DNA from: an uncultured delta proteobacterium
GTDB lineage: Bacteria > Myxococcota_A > Polyangia > Fen-1088
Assembly: GCA_963767925.1 (NCBI GenBank)
Contig: CAVYGB010000008.1
Coordinates: 960,001 to 1,024,000 of the forward strand
Direction of reading: 5' to 3'
DNA: 64,000 nucleotides
Within the stretch, counting starts at the first letter, position 1. The number at the start of each line of letters is the position of its first letter. This document shows positions 40,799-50,003 of the stretch, one piece after another. The translations under genes and the position numbers were made by a program. The notes below the pieces were generated by a model. That model searched no databases, was not told the origin of the DNA, and saw only the letters and a list, made by a program, of their open reading frames with translations.

Positions 40799-40922
40799 GC
40801 CGGAAAATCGTGCGCCCAGGTGGGTTCGTCTGCGCTTTGGTCCGGAGGAACGTTACGCCGCCGTGACGGGGCTGCACGGATCGGTGACATCGACCCGTCA
40901 CCGCCCGGTATCGGGGCTGCGA

Positions 40923-41498
40923 TCAACCGACCACGGCCAGCTTCAGCTTGTGGTACCCCGACAGGAGCTGCTGGTGGAGGGCGTGGGCCCGGTTGGCCAG
41001 CTCCTCGAACTCGATGGTCCGGGCCTGTCCCGCCAGCTCCTGGGCCCGCTGCGACAGGGCGAACATCTGGGCGATCAGGTCGCGGGCCTGATCGGTCTGG
41101 TTGCTGGCGCCGGGGGCACGCTTGCCCATGGCGGCCGCGCTGTCGTTGAGCGCGGACGCCTCCTTGCCGAGCGCCTCGAACTGCCCGAGGAGACCGCGCA
41201 GGTCCTCCATGCGCTGCTTGACCGCCGGGACGCGCTCGAGCGTGGCCCGCGCCAGGCGCTCCTGCTGATCGCGGGCCGCCCCCACCGCGTCGGCCATGCG
41301 CTGGCCACACTGGCCCAGCCGCTGCTCGCTGGCGGCGATCTGACCGAGGGTCTCGTTGGCCCGCTCGAGCTGCTTGGTGCTGCCGAGCTGGGCCCGCTGA
41401 AAGGCCTCGCTGAGCTGGGCGTAGGTCGAGAGCTCGGCCTCGAACGCCTGGACCGCCTCGACGAGCGGCGACTCCCCCTGACTCTTTCTGACCGCCAT
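40923..41498 (-). CDS. Hypothetical coiled-coil protein
   Basis: MAVRKSQGESPLVEAVQAFEAEL...; all-helical heptad-like composition. Confidence 0.7.
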   Translation of the reverse strand: MAVRKSQGESPLVEAVQAFEAELSTYAQLSEAFQRAQLGSTKQLERANETLGQIAASEQRLGQCGQRMADAVGAARDQQERLARATLERVPAVKQRMEDLRGLLGQFEALGKEASALNDSAAAMGKRAPGASNQTDQARDLIAQMFALSQRAQELAGQARTIEFEELANRAHALHQQLLSGYHKLKLAVVG

Positions 41499-41578
41499 GG
41501 CCGCCGAGTCTGGCACAAAGGGCCGTCGGGGCGGAGGGACCCTTGGCAAGCCGGCCGGCCGGCCGTACCTTGACCGGC

Positions 41579-41875
41579 ATGGACGTTCCCGTGGCGGATT
41601 CCGAGGACAAGACCGTGGTGGACCTGAGCGGGCAGCGCGCCAGCGGCGGCGCGCTCGAGGGCGTGATCGACCTGCCCGGATCGCGGTCATTGATCCACGT
41701 CAAGCTGCCCGCGGCCAGCGTGCCCGGGCGCGCCGAGGCGATCCACGGCCGGGACCGCTGGAACGCCAAACACTACTGGAGCATCGACGCCGAGACGGTG
41801 GCTTACGAGTTCGACGGGCCCCTGCCGGCCGGCCAGATCCGGCTGCGGGTGCCCGTCACCCCCGCCCGGGTCTGA
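41579..41875 (+). CDS. Small hypothetical protein
   Basis: GC3-rich frame divergent from the coiled-coil gene; TACCTT 7 nt upstream of ATG. Confidence 0.6.
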   Translation: MDVPVADSEDKTVVDLSGQRASGGALEGVIDLPGSRSLIHVKLPAASVPGRAEAIHGRDRWNAKHYWSIDAETVAYEFDGPLPAGQIRLRVPVTPARV

Positions 41876-41894
41876 CCGGGCGGCCCGGCTGCCG

Positions 41895-42620
41895 CTAGCG
41901 GGAGACGGCGAAGAAGACCGTCACGCTCGCCGCCACCTCGAGGCTGCCGGCCTCGAAGGGGGTGGCGGTGGCGTCGAGGGCGGCCTTGGAGACCTCCTGG
42001 AACGGCACCAGGCGCCCGTGATCGCTGTCGCTGACCGAGACCACGTTCCCGAGCTTCAACCCCAGCGCACCGGCCAGCGCGGTGGCCCGGGCGCGGGCCT
42101 TGCCAGCGGCGAGCTTGAGCGCCTCGGCCTGCACCGGATCCGGGTTCTTGAGGGTGAAGATGAGGCGCTGCACCTCGTTGGCGCCCTGCTTGAGCGCCAG
42201 GTCGACGATCTTGCCCGCGCTCTTGACGTCCGGGATGCGGACCCGCACGACGTTGGTCACCACGTAGCCGACGATGGCCGGCTTCTCGCGGGGCTTGGGC
42301 TCGGCGTGACGCTGGGTGACCATGTAGCCGACCGTCTTCACCTCGCCGCCGGCGCCGACCTGCTTCTTGAGGGCGGCCACCAGGCCTTCCATCTTGCGGT
42401 TGTTCTCGGCGGCGGCCGCCTCGGCGGTGGCCGCCTCGCTGACCACCCCCACGTCGAGCTCGGCGAGGTCGGGCTTGGCCGAGACCGTCGCCTCACCCAC
42501 GACCCGGATGGTCCCGGGTGGGGAGGCGTAGGGGTCCTGGGCCCGCGCCGTGGTCGGGCTGGCGCTGATGGCGAGCATCAGGAACAGCGGCGCAGCCCGG
42601 AAAATGGTCAGGTTCAGCAT
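41895..42620 (-). CDS. SIMPL domain (DUF541) periplasmic protein
   Basis: GGAGG RBS; signal peptide; IRVVGEATVSAKPDLA, GYVVTN, ARARATALA, VAASVTVFF. Confidence 0.9.
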   Translation of the reverse strand: MLNLTIFRAAPLFLMLAISASPTTARAQDPYASPPGTIRVVGEATVSAKPDLAELDVGVVSEAATAEAAAAENNRKMEGLVAALKKQVGAGGEVKTVGYMVTQRHAEPKPREKPAIVGYVVTNVVRVRIPDVKSAGKIVDLALKQGANEVQRLIFTLKNPDPVQAEALKLAAGKARARATALAGALGLKLGNVVSVSDSDHGRLVPFQEVSKAALDATATPFEAGSLEVAASVTVFFAVSR

Positions 42621-42714
42621 GTAATCCTCCCAACGACTCCTCTGGCATACTCCACCGGGCCTGCCGCCGCCAGCGGGGAACCGATGGTCTCCCGCAGCAA
42701 GGGCCGGTCCGGCC

Positions 42715-43875
42715 TCACTCGACGAAGCTCCGCTCGTAGCCGGCGTCCTCGATGGCCTGCGCCGTCGAGGTGACCTGGAGCGGGGCGTAGGTGTCGAGCA
42801 TGACCGCGAGCTCATCGGTGCGCTGCGCGCCGATGCTTGCCTCGTAGGCGCCCGGATGGGGCCCGTGCATCACGCCGGCCGGGTGGTGCGAGATGCTGCC
42901 TGGCCCCACGCCCCGCCGGGAGGTGAAGTTGCCCCGGCAGTAGAAGATGAACTCGTCGCAGTCGACCGAGGAGTGGGGGTACGGGCAGGGGATGGCGTCC
43001 GGACCGAAGTCGAGCGGGCGGGGCACGAAGCTGCACACGAGCGCGCCGCGGGCGCCGAAGGTGCCGTGCCAGGTGGGCGGCAGGTGGATGGCGCTCACCC
43101 GGGGCTGGAAGGCGAGGATGGGGAAGGCCCAGGGGTAGACGGTGCCGTCCCAGCCCACGAGGTCGAGCGGCGGGTGGCGGTGAACGAACCCGTGGAAGGC
43201 GCCCTGCCGCTTGATGAGGACGTGGCGCAGGCCTTCGTCGCTGGGCCCCTTGAACTCGGGCGTGCGAAAGTCCCGGTGGGTGTAGGGGGCGTCCATGCGG
43301 AGCTGGCCGGTCTCGTTGCGCCACTGGCGCAGCAGCGACAGCCCGCCCAGGCACTCGATCCCGAGCCAGTACTGCGGCTGGCCGGGCTCGGGCAAGAAGC
43401 GGTGCAGGATTCCCTTGGGGACGAAGACGTAGTCCCCCTCGCCGAAGGCCAGGTCGCCAAAGGGGGAGCGCAGGGTGCCGCCCCCGGCGAACACGTAGAA
43501 CAGGTCGTCGCCATCGCCGTTGAGGAAGTAGACCGGGTCGGGGGCGGTCGGTCGCAACACCGAGAGGACCACGTCGCCGTTGAACAGCAGGGGCGCCCGG
43601 CCGTCCACCGCCGGTCCGGGCGGCAGCTCGAGATCCTGGGAGCGGTAGTGCCGCTTGGCCAGGCCGGGGGTGGGGGCGGCGACCGGCAGCCTCCAGCCGT
43701 GGGGCACCTCGGCCGCCACGGCGGCGTGGGGCCGCTCGCGGTGGTAGGCGATGGTGAAGGGCCCGTCGAACCCCCCGCGGGTCAGGCACTCCTCGTAGTA
43801 GAGGCCACCTTCCGGCTTGCGGAAGACGGTGTGCGGCTTGCGGGGGAGGCTGCCAGCGCTGCGACGATCGATCAT
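42715..43875 (-). CDS. hmgA: Homogentisate 1,2-dioxygenase
   Basis: PRKPHTVF, NGDGDDL, DLVGWDG, HLPPTWH, PYPHSSVDCDE, HGPHPG; follows hppD. Confidence 0.9.
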   Translation of the reverse strand: MIDRRSAGSLPRKPHTVFRKPEGGLYYEECLTRGGFDGPFTIAYHRERPHAAVAAEVPHGWRLPVAAPTPGLAKRHYRSQDLELPPGPAVDGRAPLLFNGDVVLSVLRPTAPDPVYFLNGDGDDLFYVFAGGGTLRSPFGDLAFGEGDYVFVPKGILHRFLPEPGQPQYWLGIECLGGLSLLRQWRNETGQLRMDAPYTHRDFRTPEFKGPSDEGLRHVLIKRQGAFHGFVHRHPPLDLVGWDGTVYPWAFPILAFQPRVSAIHLPPTWHGTFGARGALVCSFVPRPLDFGPDAIPCPYPHSSVDCDEFIFYCRGNFTSRRGVGPGSISHHPAGVMHGPHPGAYEASIGAQRTDELAVMLDTYAPLQVTSTAQAIEDAGYERSFVE

Positions 43876-43879
43876 CGGA

Positions 43880-45037
43880 TCACGAGATGCGGCGGTCGAA
43901 GCGCTGCTGCCGTTCGATGCTCTCGAACAGGGCCCGGAAGTTGCCCGCGCCGAAGCCGTTCGAGCCCTTGCGCTGGATGATCTCGAAGAAGAAGGGCCCC
44001 GCCTCGGGGTCGTGCAGGCGGCTGGCCGCCTCCTTGAGGAAGATCTGCAGCAGGTATTGCCGGGGGCCCTCGCCGTCGACCAGGACCTCCAGCTCGCGCA
44101 AGGTGGCGATGTCCTCGTCGATGCTGCCGACGCCCAGACGCTCGAGGCGGGCGGGCAGCAGGTCGTAGTAGGCCGCGGGCGTCGACATGAACTCGGCCCC
44201 CCGCTCGCGCAGCCCACGCACGGCGGTCAAGATGTCGGGGACCGAGAGGGCGGCGTGCTGGACGCCGTCACCCCGGTGGTCCTCGGCGAAGATGTTGATC
44301 TGGGAGGACTTGAAGAACGGGCGCAGCGGCTCGTTGTTGGCGAACTTGATGCGGGAGGAGGGCTCGATCATGACGACCGACTTGAGCCCCGATCCCTGGG
44401 CCTGCGAGGGGTTCACGTCGTTGGTGTGGAACTTGACCGACCAGAACTGCTCCATCCCCAGGACGTGCTCCATCCAGAGCAGGGCGGGGGTCATGGTCTG
44501 GAAGTTCGAGGTCAGGTGGTCGACCCGCTTGAAGCGGAAGCGGTTCTCTCCACCCCGGGGCTGGTCGTGCATCTGCAGGCCGGGGTAGAGCGAGCGGAAG
44601 CCCTTGCGCTCCAGGAAGCGGAAGGTCGTGTCGCCAAAGGGGGTCGTGATCGAGAACATGGCCAGGCTGCCACCTTCGTCCTCGAAGCGCTCGATGTCCC
44701 CGATCATGGTGCCGCCGCGCTCCTCGAGCAGGCGGAAGGTGTGCTCGATGTCGTCTACCTCGAAGACCACCGTGCCCACCCCTTCGGGGTGCTTGCGCAG
44801 GTAGCGCCAGGCCCGGCCACCTTCGCCCTGGGGCGCGCAGACCACGACGTGGACGTCGCCCGCCTCGAACAGGGCCGAGCGCTGGCGGCCGCGGGCGGTG
44901 AGCTCCGGTCCCGACTCGCCCATCTCGGCGAAGTCGAGCGTGCCGAGCATGAAGGTGCGCACGGCGGCCAGGTCGTGGACGTAATAGACCAGCGCCCCGA
45001 TCTTGCGGATTCCCAGCGCCTCGCGGGCGTTGCTCAT
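43880..45037 (-). CDS. hppD: 4-hydroxyphenylpyruvate dioxygenase
   Basis: VDHLTSN, GVQHAAL, LLQIF, FFEIIQRKG..GFGAGNFRALFESIE. Confidence 0.93.
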   Translation of the reverse strand: MSNAREALGIRKIGALVYYVHDLAAVRTFMLGTLDFAEMGESGPELTARGRQRSALFEAGDVHVVVCAPQGEGGRAWRYLRKHPEGVGTVVFEVDDIEHTFRLLEERGGTMIGDIERFEDEGGSLAMFSITTPFGDTTFRFLERKGFRSLYPGLQMHDQPRGGENRFRFKRVDHLTSNFQTMTPALLWMEHVLGMEQFWSVKFHTNDVNPSQAQGSGLKSVVMIEPSSRIKFANNEPLRPFFKSSQINIFAEDHRGDGVQHAALSVPDILTAVRGLRERGAEFMSTPAAYYDLLPARLERLGVGSIDEDIATLRELEVLVDGEGPRQYLLQIFLKEAASRLHDPEAGPFFFEIIQRKGSNGFGAGNFRALFESIERQQRFDRRIS

Positions 45038-46026
45038 GGCATCGTCCCCCGTTCGACGTTCTGTACGCTCTGCTCGATCGCCCCGAACAGGCTGCGGCCG
45101 GTCGGCTCGAGCACCTCGATGCGGATCTTGTCACCCGGCTTGAGGTAAGGCGTCTGGGTCGTCCCCGACGCCAGGGTCTCGCGCATGCGCCGCTCGACAA
45201 GGCACGACACGCCGCGGGTGGGGTCTTCGTTGGACACCGTCCCCGAGCCGACGATGGTGCCGGCGGTCAGCGCCCGGGTCCGGGCCACGTGGCTGACGAG
45301 GTCGAAGAACGAAAAGTGCATCTCGCCCGCCTGACACTGCCCCACCGTGGCGCCGTTCAAGGTGCAGCGGACCTCCAGGTGGATCCGGCCGTCGCGCCAG
45401 GCGCCGTCCAGCTCGTCGGGGGTCACGGCGAAGGGGGCGAAGGCGGTCGAGGGTTTGGACTGGACGAAGCCGAACCCCTTGGCCAGCTCGGGCGGCACCA
45501 GGTTCCGCAAGGTGACGTCGTTGAGCAGGCACAGCAGGCGGACCGAGCCGGCGGCCTGCGCGGGCGAGGCCCCCCGGGCGACGTCGCCGAGGATCACGCC
45601 GAGCTCCGCCTCGTAGTCGAGCCCCAGGGCGGGATCCACGAAGGGGAGCGGATCGCGTGGGCCCAGCAGCACGCCCGAGCCGCCCTGATAGATCAGCGGA
45701 TCGGTCAGCAGGGCGGGCGGCAGGTCGGCCCCCCGCGACCTGCGCGCGAGGCGCACGTGGCTGAGGAAGGCCGATCCGTCGAGCCACTCGTAGGCCCGGG
45801 GCAACGGCGCGGTCAGCCCCTCGGGATCGAGCGGCTCGCCCGGCTCCTGCCCACCCTCGAGGCGGGCCGCGAGGACCCGCAGCTCGCCCTCGGCCCGGGC
45901 CCAGTCGTCGAGCGCTGCCTGCAGCGTGGGGGCGATCCCCGTGGCGCGGGCGAAGCGGGCGCCGTCTCTCCGGACCACCACCAGGGTGCCGTCCCGCCCC
46001 CCGGCTCGCAGCGTGGACAATCGCAT
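45034..46026 (-). CDS. Fumarylacetoacetate hydrolase family protein
   Basis: RDGTLVVV, PLPRAYEWLDGSA, YQGGS, DYEAE, NDVTLRNL, GFGFVQSKP, GSGTVSN. Confidence 0.9.
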   Translation of the reverse strand: MRLSTLRAGGRDGTLVVVRRDGARFARATGIAPTLQAALDDWARAEGELRVLAARLEGGQEPGEPLDPEGLTAPLPRAYEWLDGSAFLSHVRLARRSRGADLPPALLTDPLIYQGGSGVLLGPRDPLPFVDPALGLDYEAELGVILGDVARGASPAQAAGSVRLLCLLNDVTLRNLVPPELAKGFGFVQSKPSTAFAPFAVTPDELDGAWRDGRIHLEVRCTLNGATVGQCQAGEMHFSFFDLVSHVARTRALTAGTIVGSGTVSNEDPTRGVSCLVERRMRETLASGTTQTPYLKPGDKIRIEVLEPTGRSLFGAIEQSVQNVERGTMP

Positions 46027-46043
46027 GGCCAGGAAAGTATACG

Positions 46044-46073
46044 CCCCCGATCCCCGTCCCGCCGGATCGGGGG
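46044..46073 (-). terminator. Hairpin immediately after the cobS stop
   Basis: Perfect 10-bp stem CCCCCGATCC / GGATCGGGGG with a 10-nt loop. Confidence 0.5.
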
Positions 46074-46075
46074 GG

Positions 46076-46909
46076 TCAGGCCGCCGCGAGGAGGATCAGG
46101 AGCACGACGAGCTCGCTGGCCTGCTGGGTGGCCCCCAGGAAATCCCCGGTGATGCCCCCGGCCCGCCGGTGAAAGCGCCAGGCGCCCACCAGGGCCACGA
46201 TCGCGGTCCCGGCGGCGGCGCCGGCCGCCACCGCCCAGGGCAGCGCGCCCAGCCCGACCGCGCCGGCCAGCACGAGGAGGGTGGCGCCGGTGGCGGCGGC
46301 GACAACCGGGACACCCACCCGCATCAGATCGGCGCTGCGGGCGACGCTGTCCGGGGTGACGTAGGGGAGGGCGGCCATCATCCAGGGCAGGGGCGCGCGC
46401 GACAGGACCGCGGCGAGGACGAAGGCAGCGGGGCCCCGGGGTCCCAGCGCGGCGAGCGCCTCGATCCGGATGAAGAGGGTGAGGACCAGCGCCAGCACGC
46501 CGTAGGTCCCGAGGCGGCTGTCCTTGAGGATCGCGAACAGCCGCTCGCGGGAGTAGGCTCCCCCGAGGGCGTCGGCGGTGTCGGCCAGGCCGTCCTCGTG
46601 CAGGGCCCCGGTGGCCAGCAACATCAGGCCCACCGTGAGGGCGGCGGCGAGCCGCGCGCCCAGCGGCGGCCCGAGACCCAGCAAGGCGAGCGCGCCCAGC
46701 AGGCCCAGGCCCAGGCCCACCACGGGCAAGAAGGCGGCCGCCCAGCGGCGGGCCTCGTCCGCCAGCGGCCGGGCGCCCACGGGAAAGCGGGTGAGCAGCA
46801 TGCAGGCCGCCCGCAGCCCGTCGAGCAGGATCACCCCCGGGCGCGCGCCTGGCCTGGCGCCGGACGGCGTCTGCGGGGTGGCCAGGCTCGGCTCGGACAC
46901 GGGCGGCAT
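46076..46909 (-). CDS. cobS: Adenosylcobinamide-GDP ribazoletransferase
   Basis: LLTRFP, PVVGLGLG, TGALHEDGLADTAD, ILKDSRLGTYG, GGITGDFLGA. Confidence 0.93.
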   Translation of the reverse strand: MPPVSEPSLATPQTPSGARPGARPGVILLDGLRAACMLLTRFPVGARPLADEARRWAAAFLPVVGLGLGLLGALALLGLGPPLGARLAAALTVGLMLLATGALHEDGLADTADALGGAYSRERLFAILKDSRLGTYGVLALVLTLFIRIEALAALGPRGPAAFVLAAVLSRAPLPWMMAALPYVTPDSVARSADLMRVGVPVVAAATGATLLVLAGAVGLGALPWAVAAGAAAGTAIVALVGAWRFHRRAGGITGDFLGATQQASELVVLLILLAAA

Positions 46910-46956
46910 CCTTTCAGCTCGCCTCCACGCCGACAAGGCGGCTGTATAACCGGGCC

Positions 46957-47541
46957 GTGGTAATCGAGAAGGACGATCGCGAGGGCGGCCCGCGCCTCGT
47001 GCTGGTGGGCGGTGGCGTCCGCTCGGGCAAGAGCGCCTTCGCCCTGGCCTATGCCCGCCGGCTGGCCGGGCACCCCGTGTTCCTGGCCACCGCCCGGGCG
47101 GGCGACGACGAGATGGTGGCCCGCATCGGGCGCCACCGGGCCGAGCGCGGCGCCGCCTTCGAGACGCGCGAGGAGCCGATCGCCCTGGTGGAAGCGCTGC
47201 AGGCCATCGCCGCCGATCGCCTGGTGCTTGTCGACTGCTTGACCCTGTGGCTCTCGAACCTCCTGCTCGGGGACGTGCCGGACGACGCCATCCTCGCGCG
47301 CGTCGACGAGCTGGCCCGCACCGCCCGGGCCCGCCCGGGGACGACGGTTGTCGTCACCAACGAGGTGGGGATGGGCGTGGTGCCCGAATCGGCGCTCGGC
47401 CGCCGCTTCCGCGACCTGGCGGGCATGGCCCACCAGCGCCTGGCCCAGGCGGCCGACGAGACCTACGCGGCGATCCTGGGGGTCGTGGTGCGGCTGTATC
47501 CCGCGCCGCTGCAGACCTTCAGGGCCGGCGAGGCGCCTTGA
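46957..47541 (+). CDS. cobU: Bifunctional adenosylcobinamide kinase/guanylyltransferase
   Basis: [46 protein letters not shown]. Confidence 0.95.
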   Translation: MVIEKDDREGGPRLVLVGGGVRSGKSAFALAYARRLAGHPVFLATARAGDDEMVARIGRHRAERGAAFETREEPIALVEALQAIAADRLVLVDCLTLWLSNLLLGDVPDDAILARVDELARTARARPGTTVVVTNEVGMGVVPESALGRRFRDLAGMAHQRLAQAADETYAAILGVVVRLYPAPLQTFRAGEAP

Positions 47542-47596
47542 CCAGGCGGCGCTGGTCAGACCGGGCAACTCTTGCGACACTGCCCGGGGAGCGTTG

Positions 47597-48538
47597 ATGA
47601 GCCACATCGGGATGTCCGCGATGGAGACGTTGCTGGTCCTGGGCGGCGCGCTGCTGTGGGACCGCCTGTTCGGCGAGCCGCCCGCGGGGATGCATCCGGT
47701 CGTGTGGATGGGACGCGTCATCTCCTGGTGCGAGAAGCGGACGCGGCGGGGTCCGCCGGCCAACCAGCTCCTGCAGGGGGCCGCCATCGCCGTCGGGGTG
47801 CCGACCCTGTTCGCGGCCGGCACCGCGCTGGTCCTGCTGGGGCTGTCCGATACGCCCTGGCTGCGCTTGCTGGTGAGCGTGTGGCTGCTGAAGTCCACCT
47901 TCGCGGTCAGCGCCCTCGGGGCCGCTGCGACCGAGGTCCGACGCGCGCTCGCCCTCGGTGATCTGCCGGCGGCCCGCGCGGCCCTCGGCAGCCTGTGCAG
48001 CCGCGACGCCTCGGAGCTCGACGCGGCCGGGGTGGCGGCGGGCGCGGTGGAGTCGGTCGCCGAGAACACCGCCGACAGCGTTGTGGCGCCGCTGCTGTTC
48101 TTCGTTGTGTTCGGGCTGCCGGGCGCGATCTTCTACCGGGCGGTCAACACCCTCGACGCCCGCATCGGCTACCACGGGCGCTACGAGTTCCTGGGCAAGG
48201 CCTCGGCCCGGCTCGACGATCTGCTGAACTGGGTGCCGGCCCGGCTCGCGGCGGGCCTGCTGCTGCTGGCCGGGGCCTGGCACCGGCTCGACGCCCGGCG
48301 GGGCTGGCAGGTGCTGGTGCGCGACGGCGGAGCCACCGAGAGCCCGAACGCGGGCCGGCCCATGGCGGCCATGGCCGGTCTGCTCGGCGTGCGCCTGGAG
48401 AAGCCGGGGCACTACGCCCTCGGCGACGCCACCTCCCCGGTCGGGCCGCAGACCATCGCCCTCGCCTGGCAGGTGGCCCGCGCCGCCGCCATGTTCGCCT
48501 TCGTCGCCGCCGCCCTCGCCATCCGGGCGGCGACCTGA
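47597..48538 (+). CDS. cbiB: Adenosylcobinamide-phosphate synthase CbiB
   Basis: [55 protein letters not shown]. Confidence 0.93.
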   Translation: MSHIGMSAMETLLVLGGALLWDRLFGEPPAGMHPVVWMGRVISWCEKRTRRGPPANQLLQGAAIAVGVPTLFAAGTALVLLGLSDTPWLRLLVSVWLLKSTFAVSALGAAATEVRRALALGDLPAARAALGSLCSRDASELDAAGVAAGAVESVAENTADSVVAPLLFFVVFGLPGAIFYRAVNTLDARIGYHGRYEFLGKASARLDDLLNWVPARLAAGLLLLAGAWHRLDARRGWQVLVRDGGATESPNAGRPMAAMAGLLGVRLEKPGHYALGDATSPVGPQTIALAWQVARAAAMFAFVAAALAIRAAT

Positions 48539-48548
48539 GCCCCGCCGC

Positions 48549-49016
48549 TCACAGGTCCTCCTCGCTCAGCACCTCGATGCCGTGGGCGGCGAGCAGCGCC
48601 GCCGTGACGCCCGGACCGGGGCGGATGAGCCCCTGGAACGATCCGTCGGCGATGCGGTGGCTGCCGCAGGAGGGGCTGCCCTCCTTGAGCACCGCCAGCC
48701 GGATCCCTTCGCGCTGGCAGAGCGTCAGGGCGGCCTCCGCGCCCCGGCGGTACCCGGCGCTGACGTCGGCGCCCCGGTCGTCGTGGACCGCGGCTCCGCC
48801 CTTCCAGAAGGCGCCACCGTCGCCGCCGACCAGCTCGGCCCGCGGCCGGGGGATCGCGAAGCCGCCCTCCACCTCCGGGCAGAAGGGCACCACCCGGCCC
48901 GCCGCCAGCCAGGCGACGAGGCGCGGGTTCAGGCAGGTCTTCGCCCTCCCGTCGTAGCGCACCGGTCTGCCGAGCAGGCAGGCGCTGACCAGGATCTTGC
49001 CTCCCGGATCGAACAC
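48549..49016 (-). CDS. DUF523 / 2-thiouracil desulfurase (TudS)-like Fe-S protein
   Basis: LVSACLLG..VRYDG, CPEVEGG..PRP, LKEGSPSCG. Confidence 0.88.
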   Translation of the reverse strand: MFDPGGKILVSACLLGRPVRYDGRAKTCLNPRLVAWLAAGRVVPFCPEVEGGFAIPRPRAELVGGDGGAFWKGGAAVHDDRGADVSAGYRRGAEAALTLCQREGIRLAVLKEGSPSCGSHRIADGSFQGLIRPGPGVTAALLAAHGIEVLSEEDL

Positions 49017-49034
49017 CGGACCAGGATACCGCGG

Positions 49035-50003
49035 TCAGGGCGCGAGGTCGGGGTAGGCCTTGGCGAACAGGAGCTCGGCGGCGTCGAGCATCGCGGCGCC
49101 CGGCTCCTCGATCAGGCCCCCGGGCAGGGTCAACACCTGGCCAGGCCGGCGGCAGGCGGTCAGCGCCTTCAGCCCCGGGTGGCCGCAGATGGTCTCGGCC
49201 AGGCCGTCGCGGGTGACGATGACCTCGGGATCGAGGGCGACGACCTGCTCGGAGCGGTACTCCGGCCAGCCCACGTGGTGGGCGGCGGCCACGTCGACAA
49301 GCCCGGCGTGGACCAGGACGTCGTGGAAGTTCGTGCCCCGGGTGCCGCCGTAGAGCTTGCCCCCCAGGGACCACAGGTAGAGGGCGCGCCGGCGGGGTCG
49401 CGCGCCGAGCGGGAGGGCCACCCGCCGCATCCGATCCCGGATGGCCTGGCCGAAGCGGCGGCCGCGTTCGCCGGCGCCCAGCAGCTCGCCCACGATCTCG
49501 GCGGTGGGGAGGAAGGTCTGCAGGCCCCGCAGCTCACCGAGGTTGAACACCTCGATGCCGGCGTCGAGCAGCCGCTCGATCCGCCCGTCGTTGCCGAACA
49601 CGTTCATGAGCACCAGGTCGGGGCGCAGGGCGATGATCGGCTCGAGCCGGCCGAAGCCGTCGATGGCCGGCTTGCCCGAGAAGCGCCAGGGCCAGGCGGA
49701 CTGCCTGGCGCTGGTGTTGCTGAAGGCGACGACCCGCTCGGGCTCGGCCAGCTCGACCAGCAGGCGATCGCTCAGCAGGTTGGTCGAGACGATGCGCCGG
49801 TAGGGCCGCAGGGGCACGACGTGGCCGGAGGCGTCCCGGATCCCCTGGCCCCCGCCGGGCAGCGCGACCCGCCGCACGGAGGTGACGGTCAGCTCGGCCC
49901 GACCGGCGGGCCGCTGCCCCGAGCGCGACTCCAGCCCGCCGAGCAGCGCCAGGGCGATCGCCGCCAGCACCGCGCCGCCGTTGAGCGCCGCCACCCGGCT
50001 CAC
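49035..50003 (-). CDS. Cobalamin/Fe-siderophore ABC substrate-binding protein (BtuF-like)
   Basis: RRIVST, LEPIIALRPDLVL, EQVVALDPEVIV; GTGA overlap with the ATPase gene. Confidence 0.85.
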   Translation of the reverse strand: MSRVAALNGGAVLAAIALALLGGLESRSGQRPAGRAELTVTSVRRVALPGGGQGIRDASGHVVPLRPYRRIVSTNLLSDRLLVELAEPERVVAFSNTSARQSAWPWRFSGKPAIDGFGRLEPIIALRPDLVLMNVFGNDGRIERLLDAGIEVFNLGELRGLQTFLPTAEIVGELLGAGERGRRFGQAIRDRMRRVALPLGARPRRRALYLWSLGGKLYGGTRGTNFHDVLVHAGLVDVAAAHHVGWPEYRSEQVVALDPEVIVTRDGLAETICGHPGLKALTACRRPGQVLTLPGGLIEEPGAAMLDAAELLFAKAYPDLAP

